From Candidatus Bathyarchaeia archaeon (GTDB lineage Archaea > Thermoproteota > Bathyarchaeia > Bathyarchaeales > Bathycorpusculaceae): a stretch of 64,000 nucleotides of DNA. The stretch spans positions 160,001 to 224,000 of the forward strand of contig JAVZNC010000001.1 of the NCBI GenBank assembly GCA_038882955.1. The letters run 5' to 3'. A program made the translations under genes and the position numbers. The notes beneath the pieces were generated by a model, which had not been told where the DNA came from, ran no database searches, and was given only the letters and a program-made list of their open reading frames with translations. Of this stretch, positions 7,289 to 19,919 are shown one piece after another. Position 1 is the first letter of the stretch; every line of letters begins with the position of its first letter.

Positions 7289-9709
7289 TTAGGCTAGTTG
7301 GAGTGCGCCAAGCCTCTCCACTTTTTCAGTCATAGCCTTTGCGGCTTCGGCGAACTTGTCGCCTTCTATGTAAACCATGTTGAACATTTCGAGACGTTCT
7401 GGTTCAATGCCATACTCTCTTAGCAAAACCTTTGCAAGCTCCACCTTCTTCTGTGCCTTCTGGCTTCCAACCTCGTAGTGGCAACCGTCTGGCTTACATC
7501 CGACAACCATGACTCCTTGAGCGCCAGCCTTGAAAGCTTCGAGTATGTGCTGTACTTGCAGTACGCCAGTGCATGGCACACGCAGCACGCGAACGTTTGC
7601 TGGATAATCCAACATAGCCATTCCAGAAGAGTCAACAGCGGCGTGACCACACTCCGAACAGCAGAAAGCCAAAACAAGCGGTTTTGATGCTCCATTAACG
7701 GACAGCAGCGCTTTCATCTGGGCTGAAATTTGGCTTGGCTTCAAGTGGCGAAGCTCAATTGCTCCGACGGGGCATGTGCCAACGCAGACGCCGCAGCCCT
7801 CGCATAAGAGGTCATCCACATGAGCAACCATGTGTCCGTCAGCCTTTTCCGTTAGTGTTATCGCCCCGTATGGGCATATGACCGGGCAGAATTCGCAGTC
7901 TCCGCAATAATCCTCGTTTACGTAGGCTGTTTTTTGGTCTTTGACGATTTTGCCGTTCAATAGAAACTTGGCAGCCTTAACAGCGGCCGAATGAGCATGA
8001 AGCGAAGTTGTAGGCGCATCTTTGGGAAATATTGCTCCACCGCAAATGAATATACCTCGCTTCTTTGTTTCTGTAGGTCTAAGTTTGGCATTGTATTCCT
8101 TAAAGAAGCCGTCCTTGTCCAGTTCTAAGCCGAGCAAATCTGCAAGCTGCTTTGCGTCTTCAACTGGCACCATTGCGGGCGATAAGACGACAAGGTCTGC
8201 TTCTAGTTCCAAGAACCTTCTTAAAAGTTCATCTTCAACATCGACGATTAGCAGGTTTGCTTCTGGGTCGTGCAAGATTTCTGTTGGTCTCCCCTTCACA
8301 AATTTTATTCCCATCTCACGTGCGCGTTCATAATAGTATTCGTGTTCCCTTCCAGTGGTTCTTATGTCAATGTAGCATATTGTTACGTCAGCATCTGGAA
8401 AAGCCGACTTAATCAGTGTGGCATGCTTCAGCGATATCATGCAGCATATGCTTGAACAGTACGGGTTCCAGCGTCTATCTCTAGAACCAACGCATTGAAT
8501 GAAAACTATCCTTTTTGCTGGTTTCTTGTCTGATGGCCGTATTATCATGCCCTTTGTTGGACCGAAAGCATCAATCATCCTTGCAAGTTCAAGCTGCGTT
8601 ATCACGTCTGGATACTCGCCGTAATGATACTCCTTTATCACGCTTGGGTCGTACTCCCTAAAACCAGTGGCAACAATTATGCTGCCCACATTAAGCGTAA
8701 CCTTCTTGCTCTTCTGGTTCAGCTCAATCGCCTTTGTCGGACAAGCTTCAACACACTTGCCGCACTCAGCGAATTTGCATGCATCAGCGTCTATGACGTA
8801 CACTGGCGGATAAACAAGCGGCGTGTTAATGTAAATCGCCTTCCTATTCTTCAGCCTCGCGTTATATTCATCTGGAACTTCAACTGGACAAACAGAAGCA
8901 CACAAATCGCATGCAACACACTTTTCCTCATTAACGTACCTAGGCTTTCTTTCAACTGTCACCTTGTAGTTTCCAGGCGCGCCATCGACTTTCACAACTC
9001 TAGAGTTTGTCAGCACGTTTAGGTTTGGAATTTCTGAGAAGCCAGAACGGTAAACGCATTTCCGCGAAGTATGCGTTATTGTCTTCACATCTGAAGCTGG
9101 CGACTGAATGCATATTGCACAGTCATCCGTCGGGAAAAACCGCCCAGCCTTCGCAGCTAACCCGCCGAGAAACGGCTCCTTCTCGACGAGGTAAACCTCA
9201 AAGCCCATGTCCGCTAGGTCTTCTGCAGCCTGCATTCCCGCAAGTCCGCCGCCTATAACGAGAACAGATTTTACGGCTGGAAACTCCAGTTTCTCAATCG
9301 GCTCTGCAAGTTTTACGCGCTCTATCGCAGCCAAAAGCATTGCCTTTGCCTTTTCCGTGGCTTCTTTAGGCGCGTCACGGTGTGGCCATGCGCAGTTATC
9401 CTTTATGTCTATGACTTCAACGAAGTTGGGGTTAAGTCCAACAGCTTCCAGAGATTCTGCGATGTTTATTTCACCGATTTTTGGTATGCTTTCCGCAACG
9501 ACTACACGGTCTATTTTGCCGCTTTTCACGGCTTCAACTACCGTTTTTAATCCTTGACCTCGCCAGAATTCGCTTCCGACAGCCACAAGAGAAACTTGTG
9601 GAACAATTTTCAGATGGTTCGCTATTTCCTCGAAGTTTAGAATTGCGGATAGCTGTTTTCCGCAGTCGGATAGGAATACTCCAATTTTTGCCTCTTCCAT
9701 TTCCGTCAC
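7289..9709 (-). CDS. hdrA: HdrA-MvhD fusion
   Basis: GGGLAG, FPTDDC, CVGSRD, CSSICCM, ferredoxin motifs, and an intact C-terminal MvhD (CCSEC, VPCTG, GCKPDGCHY). Confidence 0.9.
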   Translation of the reverse strand: MTEMEEAKIGVFLSDCGKQLSAILNFEEIANHLKIVPQVSLVAVGSEFWRGQGLKTVVEAVKSGKIDRVVVAESIPKIGEINIAESLEAVGLNPNFVEVIDIKDNCAWPHRDAPKEATEKAKAMLLAAIERVKLAEPIEKLEFPAVKSVLVIGGGLAGMQAAEDLADMGFEVYLVEKEPFLGGLAAKAGRFFPTDDCAICIQSPASDVKTITHTSRKCVYRSGFSEIPNLNVLTNSRVVKVDGAPGNYKVTVERKPRYVNEEKCVACDLCASVCPVEVPDEYNARLKNRKAIYINTPLVYPPVYVIDADACKFAECGKCVEACPTKAIELNQKSKKVTLNVGSIIVATGFREYDPSVIKEYHYGEYPDVITQLELARMIDAFGPTKGMIIRPSDKKPAKRIVFIQCVGSRDRRWNPYCSSICCMISLKHATLIKSAFPDADVTICYIDIRTTGREHEYYYERAREMGIKFVKGRPTEILHDPEANLLIVDVEDELLRRFLELEADLVVLSPAMVPVEDAKQLADLLGLELDKDGFFKEYNAKLRPTETKKRGIFICGGAIFPKDAPTTSLHAHSAAVKAAKFLLNGKIVKDQKTAYVNEDYCGDCEFCPVICPYGAITLTEKADGHMVAHVDDLLCEGCGVCVGTCPVGAIELRHLKPSQISAQMKALLSVNGASKPLVLAFCCSECGHAAVDSSGMAMLDYPANVRVLRVPCTGVLQVQHILEAFKAGAQGVMVVGCKPDGCHYEVGSQKAQKKVELAKVLLREYGIEPERLEMFNMVYIEGDKFAEAAKAMTEKVERLGALQLA

Positions 9710-11163
9710 CTTTCAATTTTCTTTATTAACTGCCTCTCGGAATTGTAAATTTCAACTTGCAACGGCATTTGCCCAACTGCAAAGTGTGTGGCACACGCGA
9801 AACACGGGTCATACGCCCTAAAAGCCATCTCAACCATATTCAAAATGCCATCGTTAACCCTGCCATTTTTTATCAGCGCCTTCGCGGCGTCTTTTATTGA
9901 TATGCATATGCTCGGCGCATTATGCGTCGTAGCCACGATGAGGTTGACTTTTTTGGCTAATGCCTTCTCGTCAAGTATGTAATGGTGTATAAGCGTTCCA
10001 CGTGCAGCTTCAACTATGCCAACGCCCTCGCCTGGTTTTTCTGGCTTATTCCGAATATCCTTGCTTGTTATTTCTGGGTCTGTTACTAGTTCTAGTGCGC
10101 GTTCAGCCGCATACAAAAGTTCTATTAGCCTAGCCCAGTGATACGCCAAAGTATTGTGGACTGGTTTTCCGCCAAGCGTCTTATACATTCTTTCATATTC
10201 AGCCTGCGCTAGGGCTGTTGCCATCCCGTCTGCAGCGTTAAGCCTTCCAAGCGGTCCAACACGGTATAGTCCACTTTGGGGTCCGCCGACCAAGCCTTTC
10301 CATCCAACCTTCTTTAGGTATGGCAGCTTCACGTATGTCCATGGTTCCACATGCTCTTCAATCACGTCCAAGTATTCTTTTGGCTTGAATTTGACGAACT
10401 CTTTTCCGTTTGGGTCTACAACGCGTACGTCGCCATCATAGAAGTTCACGTGGTTGTTTTTGTCAACCAAGCCCATGTAATAGGTTGGGAGCGTGTATGC
10501 TTCGCTTTTTATTAGGTTGACGTAGTCCGTGTTTTTCAACACTATGTCGTCGAAGAGTTTTAGGCTGAATTTCGCGAATTCAAGGCAGCTTCTCGCCATC
10601 TTCTCGATTTCGCGTCGCTCTTCTTCTGAAAGTGGTTTTGAAACGCCCCCGGGTATGCACGCGCTAACTGGATGTGTCGCCTTTCCGCCCAAAATCTCCG
10701 TTATCTTTTGCCCGTAAGCCCTATGTTTTATGACTCCCTTGCCTATTTCGAGTCCAGCTTTTTCAATGACTCCTATAACGTTTCTTTTTTCTGGTGGAGC
10801 ATCGGGTCCAACGACGAAGTCTGGACCGCCAAGGTAGTAGAAGTGTAATGTGTGGTCGTAGAGGTAATAGCCGCAATACATTAGTTCGCGAAGTTTTTTG
10901 GCGGTTTCTGTTGGTTCAACGTTAAACGCTGCGTCAAGCGCCTTTGCGCCTGCCATGTGATGTGCAACTGGGCAGACGCCGCAAATTCTCGTTGTTATTA
11001 TTGGTAGGTCTTCGGCTCTTCTTCCTTCGCAGAATCTTTCGAAGCCTCGCAGTTCTGGGACTTGGAAGTAGGCTTCTTCCACATTTCCAGCTTCGTTTAG
11101 GAATATTGTTATTTTTCCGTGTCCCTCAAGCCTCGTTATTGGGTTTATGACTATTTCCTTCAT
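9706..11163 (-). CDS. mvhA: [NiFe] hydrogenase group 3c large subunit
   Basis: TRLEGHG, RICGVC (L1), DPCFACATH (L2) plus cleavable C-terminal tail. Confidence 0.93.
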   Translation of the reverse strand: MKEIVINPITRLEGHGKITIFLNEAGNVEEAYFQVPELRGFERFCEGRRAEDLPIITTRICGVCPVAHHMAGAKALDAAFNVEPTETAKKLRELMYCGYYLYDHTLHFYYLGGPDFVVGPDAPPEKRNVIGVIEKAGLEIGKGVIKHRAYGQKITEILGGKATHPVSACIPGGVSKPLSEEERREIEKMARSCLEFAKFSLKLFDDIVLKNTDYVNLIKSEAYTLPTYYMGLVDKNNHVNFYDGDVRVVDPNGKEFVKFKPKEYLDVIEEHVEPWTYVKLPYLKKVGWKGLVGGPQSGLYRVGPLGRLNAADGMATALAQAEYERMYKTLGGKPVHNTLAYHWARLIELLYAAERALELVTDPEITSKDIRNKPEKPGEGVGIVEAARGTLIHHYILDEKALAKKVNLIVATTHNAPSICISIKDAAKALIKNGRVNDGILNMVEMAFRAYDPCFACATHFAVGQMPLQVEIYNSERQLIKKIER

Positions 11164-12099
11164 CTAGCGCACCTTCCTTTTTAGGATGGAGTTTGCAAGA
11201 GAATACTTGTAGAAGGTTCCAACTGGGTCAACGATTTGTTCGATAACGCTTGGGTCCGCGGCTATCGACGCGAAGGCGCTTATCATGGCTGCGCCTTGGT
11301 CTGTTACTCTCGGCGTTGGTCCACCGCATCCCGTGCATGGCACATTAGCCTTTAAGCATTGGGCGCCGCATCCGCCTCTTGTGGCTGGTCCCATGCAGAC
11401 GACGCCTTGGTCTAGGAAGCATGTTTTGAAGTCGTCTTCTATCTCGTAGATTCTCTTTACTTGTGTGATTTTTCTGTCCTTTTTCTCTCTTGGGCATTCG
11501 TCGCATATCGACTTGTTCAGTAGGAAACTCGCGCCCTTTGGCGGCAGTTTTCCGCTTACTATTGCCTCTAAAGCTTCTATTATGTGTGGAACAGGTGGCG
11601 GACAGCCCGAAATGAAATAGTCAACATCAACCGTTTGGGCTAGGGTTTTAACAGTGTCGTAAAACTCTGGAAGTTCAAGCTCGCCTTCCTTAACTTTTAG
11701 GCGTGGTTGGGGAGTAACACCCTGCGGGTTTTTCGTTGAAGGCGTTTCGAAGTAGGCTCTCTCAAAGATTTTCTGCCTATCCCAGAGGTTCCCAAGTCCT
11801 ATGACGCAGCCATCGCATGCGCATGAACCGAAAGCCACAAGAACCTTTGACTTTTGCCTTAACAGTTTAGCCATATATTCCTGTTCGCTGTTACGAATTG
11901 CGCCGTTGAAGAAGCACACGTCTATGCTCTTGTCTGGCATTGCCTCAACGTCTTTGTATTTTATGTCCATTGCTACTGGCCAAAAGACGATGTCGGCTTT
12001 GGCTATGACGTCTAGGATTTTCTCGTTTATATCCAGAACGGCGATTTCGCAGCCGCCACAACTCGCAGCCCAATAAAACGCAAACTTTAGCTTCTCCAT
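11164..12099 (-). CDS. mvhG: [NiFe] hydrogenase group 3c small subunit
   Basis: ASCGGCE, GSCAC, GCPP, CDEC, CFLDQGVVCMGPATRGGCGAQC. Confidence 0.93.
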   Translation of the reverse strand: MEKLKFAFYWAASCGGCEIAVLDINEKILDVIAKADIVFWPVAMDIKYKDVEAMPDKSIDVCFFNGAIRNSEQEYMAKLLRQKSKVLVAFGSCACDGCVIGLGNLWDRQKIFERAYFETPSTKNPQGVTPQPRLKVKEGELELPEFYDTVKTLAQTVDVDYFISGCPPPVPHIIEALEAIVSGKLPPKGASFLLNKSICDECPREKKDRKITQVKRIYEIEDDFKTCFLDQGVVCMGPATRGGCGAQCLKANVPCTGCGGPTPRVTDQGAAMISAFASIAADPSVIEQIVDPVGTFYKYSLANSILKRKVR

Positions 12100-12220
12100 C
12101 TCCGCACCAGCTTGTTTTAATGGAAAGTTGATAATTGCACTTCTGTGATTTAAATTTAGCCATAGTAAATAGAGAAAAAACTACGTGCATTATATTTGAT
12201 TTAAATGTAGCATATAAATG

Positions 12221-15019
12221 CTAGGCGCCAATGGCTTCTGCTTCTCGATGTTCTTCCCTTTTGGGACTTAACGCTGAACTCTCCGCTTCTTGAAAGTTCT
12301 TAGTTTCTTGGCATTGCGCCGCAGACTCTTCCTCTTTCAGGTTTAGGGTGCCCTTGACTGTGCCGTCCTCTTGATATTTAAGCGTAAAGCCCATCTTTCT
12401 CGTTAGGTTTATAGCCCGATAATTGTCTGGAAGCATTATAGCGTAAAGCATTTCCACGCCCATGTCCTTGCAAACCTCAATTGTGTAATCCACCATTTTT
12501 GTGCCTAAACCCAAGCCTTGCCACGGGTCAGCAACTATGAAGGCTATTTCGCCTGATTTTCTATCTGGTTCTAGGCTTACGCGGGCAACTCCCAATATTC
12601 GCCTTTGTCCATTCTCGTTTAATTCGGCTACGATGGCTATTTCTCTGTCATAGTCGATGTTGCAGTAGCGCACACGCACCTCATGCGGCGTGTCCTTGAT
12701 TATTTGGAAGAACCTGTAGCGTATGGATTCTTCTGAGAAGTTTTTGAACATTTCAAGCCACAGGGGCTCGTCTTCAGGCTTTATCGGCCTCAGTAAGACT
12801 GTTCGCCCATCGCGCATACGCCATAGCGTCTCGTATTTCTTCGGGTATGGGCTTATGACTAAGTGCTGGTGAGGCTCAAGCCTTTGGAAGACAAGCTCTT
12901 TATCAATTACGATTCGAGCGTCAAGCGCGCAAGCATCTTTATCGTTAATCAAAAGCGGGTTTATGTCGACTTCCTTAAACTGTGGGAAATCAACGAGCAA
13001 CTGCGAGAAGCGCAAAATTACCTCTTCAAGAAGTTTAGTGTTTGCTGGAGGCACGTTCCTATAGCCCTTCAAAAGCTGGTAAACCTTTGTTTCTTCCATT
13101 AAGCGTCTAACCAATGTTTGGTTTAATGGTGGGAGCCCTATGGAAAAGTCTTTGAAAAGTTCAACTCCAACGCCGCCCATGCCGAAGAGTATTACTGGTC
13201 CGAAAAGCGGGTCTTTCTTTGCTCCAAGTATAACCTCGTATCCTTTCTTCTTAATCATGGGCTGAACAGTGACGCCGAGAATCTCCGCTTGTGGATTATA
13301 GCTTTTCGCGTTACGCATAATCTGTTCAAATGCCTCCCTAACTTCAGTCTCATTTTTTAGGTCTAGGAAGACTCCGCCAGCATCCGTCTTGTGAACAATT
13401 TGCGGAGACAAAATTTTAAGCACAACTGGGTAGCCAATCTGTGAAGCACATGCTACTGCTTCATCCGCCGTTGTTGCCACTAGGGTTTTGGTAACTGGGA
13501 AACCGTAATATTCAAGCAGTTTTTTTGCTTCGGCTTCTGTTAGAAGCTCGCGGTTTTCTAGGGCTGCGTTTCGCATTATGACTTGTATTGGACGCTTTGG
13601 CGGGGCAGCGTCAACTGGAAGCTCTTCTGGAGTTTCATAAAGCAGTTCGAGGTTGCGCTTGTACTGGTACATGTAAAGATAAGTCTTTATGGCTTGTTCG
13701 GGAGTTGCGTATGTTGGAATGCCATTTTCGTTAAATATGCGGTTGGCTTCTTCAACGGCACCATAACCCATGAACGATGTTAACACTGTCTTATTCTGGT
13801 ACGCCATGCCTTTATAGACTTCAACTATGCCCTTCGCGATTTCAACTGGCTCGGCAACCGCCTGCGCAGTGTAAATTATTAATATGCCGTCAACATTCTC
13901 GTCTTTTAAACAGGCTTCGAGAACAGCCTTATAGCGGTCAGCTCTTGCGTCGCCCAAAATGTCTATTGGGTTACCGCGACTCCAATAATGCGGCAGTATG
14001 CCGTTAAGAAACTCCATTGTTTTTGGACTGAGTTTGGCTAGTTTTCCGCCTCTTGCTATGAGCGCGTCAGTAGCCATAACTCCTGGACCACCAGCATTTG
14101 TTATTATGGCGAGGTTTGGACCTTTGGGAAGCGGTTGTAAGCCCAAAACTTCGGCACAGTTGAATAAGTCGGCTATTTCTTCTACGCGTACTATGCCCGC
14201 ACGTTTGAACGCAGCGTCGTAAACGTCATCTTCGCCAGTCATCGAACCAGTGTGTGAGGCTGCCGCTTTTGCGCTTTCTCCGAATTTTCCAGCCTTAACA
14301 ACTATTATTGGCTTTGTTCTTGCGAAGTGGCGGGCTGCGCTCATGAATTTTCTCGCGTTTGTTATTCCCTCGATATACATGAGGATGCTTCTTGTTTTTG
14401 GATCTGTTCCAAAATAGTCTATTAAATCGCCGAAATCAACATCTATCATTGAACCAACAGAGACGAAGTTGCTGAAGCCAATGTTTTCATACATAGCCCA
14501 GTCGAGAATCGCCGAGCCCAAAGCGCCGCTTTGGCTTATGAAGGCTATATTCCCCTCTTTAGGCATCTTGTTTAGGAATGTTGCGTTCAGCTTGTTGCTT
14601 GGGCGGATTATTCCCAAACAGTTCGGTCCAACAATACGCAAACCATACTTGCTTTTTATTTCTAGGATTTTGTCTTCTAGGGCTTTGCCCTCTGGACCAA
14701 CCTCTTTGAAGCCAGCGCTTATGATTATTATGCCCTTTATCCCAGCCTTTCCGCATTGTTCAACAATGTCTGGAACGGTTTTGGCTGGAGTTGCAATCAC
14801 CGCCAAATCAACAGTTTCTGGAATCTGCTCAACTGACGGGTAAGCTTTTAAACCCAAAATCTCGTTTTTGCGAATGTTAACTGGGTAAACTCTACCCTTA
14901 AAACCAAAATCCAAGAAATTCTTCATAAGCGCGTATCCAACGCTTCCTTCTTCGTCGCTTGCGCCGATTACTGCGATGCTTTTTGGATTGAAAATTTTGT
15001 CAAGATATGTGGTAACCAA
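12221..15019 (-). CDS. ADP-forming acyl-CoA synthetase (alpha+beta) fused to GNAT (Pat/Pka-like architecture)
   Basis: CoA-binding N-term, GPNCLG, SQSGA, ASHTGS, ATP-grasp HKTDAGGV, C-terminal GNAT WQGLGLG. Confidence 0.88.
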   Translation of the reverse strand: MVTTYLDKIFNPKSIAVIGASDEEGSVGYALMKNFLDFGFKGRVYPVNIRKNEILGLKAYPSVEQIPETVDLAVIATPAKTVPDIVEQCGKAGIKGIIIISAGFKEVGPEGKALEDKILEIKSKYGLRIVGPNCLGIIRPSNKLNATFLNKMPKEGNIAFISQSGALGSAILDWAMYENIGFSNFVSVGSMIDVDFGDLIDYFGTDPKTRSILMYIEGITNARKFMSAARHFARTKPIIVVKAGKFGESAKAAASHTGSMTGEDDVYDAAFKRAGIVRVEEIADLFNCAEVLGLQPLPKGPNLAIITNAGGPGVMATDALIARGGKLAKLSPKTMEFLNGILPHYWSRGNPIDILGDARADRYKAVLEACLKDENVDGILIIYTAQAVAEPVEIAKGIVEVYKGMAYQNKTVLTSFMGYGAVEEANRIFNENGIPTYATPEQAIKTYLYMYQYKRNLELLYETPEELPVDAAPPKRPIQVIMRNAALENRELLTEAEAKKLLEYYGFPVTKTLVATTADEAVACASQIGYPVVLKILSPQIVHKTDAGGVFLDLKNETEVREAFEQIMRNAKSYNPQAEILGVTVQPMIKKKGYEVILGAKKDPLFGPVILFGMGGVGVELFKDFSIGLPPLNQTLVRRLMEETKVYQLLKGYRNVPPANTKLLEEVILRFSQLLVDFPQFKEVDINPLLINDKDACALDARIVIDKELVFQRLEPHQHLVISPYPKKYETLWRMRDGRTVLLRPIKPEDEPLWLEMFKNFSEESIRYRFFQIIKDTPHEVRVRYCNIDYDREIAIVAELNENGQRRILGVARVSLEPDRKSGEIAFIVADPWQGLGLGTKMVDYTIEVCKDMGVEMLYAIMLPDNYRAINLTRKMGFTLKYQEDGTVKGTLNLKEEESAAQCQETKNFQEAESSALSPKREEHREAEAIGA

Positions 15020-15212
15020 AGCAGATGACCATCCCCTAGTTAGATGTGGATGTGGACGTGCGCGGAAATTAAAACTTTATGTTGTGTAAATCAAATTTCG
15101 CTTGAACGCACCAGAAATACTAGAGGAAAGAAGCCGCTATTGGCTTTTTCCCAAACCAAAAAACGTAGATAGGGTATCCATTTTATGATTTAGCAGACGC
15201 CTAAATTTGACA

Positions 15213-17451
<2,239 letters not shown>

Positions 17452-18690
17452 TTACTTTGCCTCCGCAACCTCAAGTCTCAATGGCGGCATAGCTGCAATT
17501 TTTTTGAAGAACTCCTCAAATTTCTGGTTGAAATCGCCTACACAGCGAGGGGAAACCGTGAAAAGCTCGAAACGCTCGAGCAAACCATTCTTTTTAAGAT
17601 AATCTTTAAGGACTTCCATGTTTCTTTCAGCTGCTTCCCTTCCCTCTTGAAGTTTGCAGTCTTCAGCTGAGCAGACAACAGCCATGACGCCGTCGAAGCC
17701 GCCGTGTAGGGCTTCAACAACATGAACGGGGTCAAGAGCCTTGAAACATGGGATTTCCATGGCTACGGCTTTCTTCTTGAAAAGTAGGCATTCTGGGTCG
17801 TCTAGGCAAGAGAATTCTGACCATTGACAGCAAAAGACAAGTATTGACGGAAAGCTGGCTTCGCCCTTCATTTTCCTTGCGGCTTCTCCATAAAGTCTAA
17901 CAAGTTTACTGATATTTTCAAACTCGAAACCCTTAACCTGTATTGCCAAGTGTGGACAAACCAAGGCGCACGCTCCACAGCCCATGCACGCTTCTTGGAT
18001 TATCCGTGGCGTTGCGAACTCTTCGGCTTCTATTGCGCCGTAGGGGCATATGAAAACGCACTTGTCGCAACCAACGCACTTTTCTGTGTCGTAAACAGCT
18101 TTATGCGAATACTTTATCACTTGTAGGGCGTCTTTGCTGAAGCCCAACTGCTCCAGAACGGCTTTTCCAAGCATAAGCCTCCTAGTGTTAATTTTTGTTC
18201 CCCTTTTGAAGCGACAAAACTCATCCTCGCATTGAATTGAAATCACGTTTTTGATGCCGGAATTCAAAGCCTTGAAAACAAATTCTGTTGGCACACGACC
18301 AGAACACGGAATCCGCAAAGGAATATAATCCTTCACGTTCAAGCCTTGAACCTTCAAGATTTCTTCAATCTCGCAAGTTGCGGGAGAATTGCCACGACAC
18401 ATCAAAACAAGCGTTTCGCTCTTGTTTCTCTCGCGCATACACTCCAAATATTCCATCAAATTTTCGTAGTTGTAGTAGACAATTTCTATGGCTAATGATG
18501 GGCAAGCGCTGTAACATATCCCGCAGACTTGGCACTTTTGAATGTCAATCTCGAAATTGCCGCTTTCTGGATCCCGCTTTATAGCCTCGTAGGGACAAAC
18601 AGCATAGCAAACCGCACATTTGCTGCAATAATCCTGATTTATGCGCACTGCGGCGGCGCATGCAGCTTCATTCATGCACCATTTCTCCAC
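17452..18690 (-). CDS. Tandem ferredoxin-MvhD-ferredoxin-MvhD protein
   Basis: Two 2[4Fe-4S] units, each followed by an MvhD-like unit (IPCSGR/QCEDEFC; IPCFK/VCSAEDC). Confidence 0.75.
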   Translation of the reverse strand: MEKWCMNEAACAAAVRINQDYCSKCAVCYAVCPYEAIKRDPESGNFEIDIQKCQVCGICYSACPSLAIEIVYYNYENLMEYLECMRERNKSETLVLMCRGNSPATCEIEEILKVQGLNVKDYIPLRIPCSGRVPTEFVFKALNSGIKNVISIQCEDEFCRFKRGTKINTRRLMLGKAVLEQLGFSKDALQVIKYSHKAVYDTEKCVGCDKCVFICPYGAIEAEEFATPRIIQEACMGCGACALVCPHLAIQVKGFEFENISKLVRLYGEAARKMKGEASFPSILVFCCQWSEFSCLDDPECLLFKKKAVAMEIPCFKALDPVHVVEALHGGFDGVMAVVCSAEDCKLQEGREAAERNMEVLKDYLKKNGLLERFELFTVSPRCVGDFNQKFEEFFKKIAAMPPLRLEVAEAK

Positions 18691-18779
18691 TGTCTAGCGT
18701 AAACTTGCCTCACGCCTAACGCGAGGGTTAGAAGATTTTTGATGACAGTTCCAATAATATAATGGTTTTGGAGCATAAC

Positions 18780-19715
18780 CTAGGGTTTGTAATAGTAAGG
18801 TCTGCGGATATAACCATAAGCCTCAAGTGCAGCGGTTATGCCCTGCCCAACAGCCGTTCCAACCTGCTTCACCGGATGGTTTGTGACATCTCCAGCCGCG
18901 TAAACCCCTGTAATGTTTGTTCTCTGGCGGATGTCAATTGTTATGTAGCCTTCCTCGTTTACGGCTACGCCTGCTTCTTTGGCTAGTTGGCTGTTTGGGT
19001 CTTCGCCAACTTGTATGAATACGCCATCTACAGGCAACTCGCTGGTTTCGTTAGTTTTGTTGTTGAAAATCACAGCCTTGTTCACGAGTTTTTCGCCTAT
19101 AATCTCCTTAACCTCAGTGTTCCACAAAATTTCCACGTTGGCTTTTTCCTTCAATGCCTTAACGAGCGCTTCCTCAGCCCTAAAAGCGTCTCGCCTATGA
19201 GAAACCTTGACCTCGCCAGCAATTTCAGCCATATACAAAGCTGTTACAACAGCGGAATTGCCGCCACCAACGACAAGGACACGCTTGCCTTTAAATAATG
19301 GTCCATCGCAGATGCCGCAGTAGCTTACGCCTCTTCCACGAAACTCTTTTTCGCCTGGAACACCTAATTCGCGATAATGCGAACCAGACGCAATTATGAC
19401 CGCTTTAGCTTCATAGGTGGCTTTGTTTGTCTTTATCAGCTTGACTTCGCCTTTTAAGTTCATGCTTAAAACTTTTTCAAATTCGCGTATTGTAACGCCA
19501 ACTTTTCTGCAGTGCGCCGCCATTTTCTGGGCTAGCTCAATGCCACTTATGCTTTTGAATCCTGGATAATTTTCAATTAGCGGGGCGTCAGCCGTTGTGC
19601 CCCCAGCCATTTTCTCCTCTAAAACCAGCGTTTTTAGTCCACTTCTTGCGCCGTAGATTCCAGCCGCTAAACCAGCGGCGCCTCCGCCTATAATAATTAG
19701 GTCCCAATTTTCCAT
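18780..19715 (-). CDS. trxB: Thioredoxin reductase
   Basis: GGGAAG, IENYPG, GVSYCGICDG, GGGNSA, HRRD, AGDV; ATG at 19715. Confidence 0.92.
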   Translation of the reverse strand: MENWDLIIIGGGAAGLAAGIYGARSGLKTLVLEEKMAGGTTADAPLIENYPGFKSISGIELAQKMAAHCRKVGVTIREFEKVLSMNLKGEVKLIKTNKATYEAKAVIIASGSHYRELGVPGEKEFRGRGVSYCGICDGPLFKGKRVLVVGGGNSAVVTALYMAEIAGEVKVSHRRDAFRAEEALVKALKEKANVEILWNTEVKEIIGEKLVNKAVIFNNKTNETSELPVDGVFIQVGEDPNSQLAKEAGVAVNEEGYITIDIRQRTNITGVYAAGDVTNHPVKQVGTAVGQGITAALEAYGYIRRPYYYKP

Positions 19716-19772
19716 GGCGACATCCTCTTCTTTAGTATTCTGTTGCCTAGTTCTTATCAAGTTTGCATATGT

Positions 19773-19919
19773 TTAATCATCTTCGTCAATTTCGAAGTCA
19801 AGTTCGCTTATTTCCATTTCGTAGCATTCTTGGCATAAGCCATCAAAAAGTTCGTATTCCTCCTGTGAGATTTGCTTTCCGCATAGTAGGCATCTGTAAA
19901 CTTCTGCTTCATCGCCCAT
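19773..19919 (-). CDS. 48-aa acidic CxxC zinc-finger microprotein (not in ORF track)
   Basis: Manual translation MGDEAEVYRCLLCGKQISQEEYELFDGLCQECYEMEISELDFEIDEDD; abuts the stop of the upstream paralog. Confidence 0.75.
   Translation of the reverse strand: MGDEAEVYRCLLCGKQISQEEYELFDGLCQECYEMEISELDFEIDEDD

Noticed and set aside
5875-12099. Methanogenesis inferred from mvh/hdr
   Set aside because: No mcr or mtr in the window; MvhAG-HdrABC is widespread in non-methanogens.
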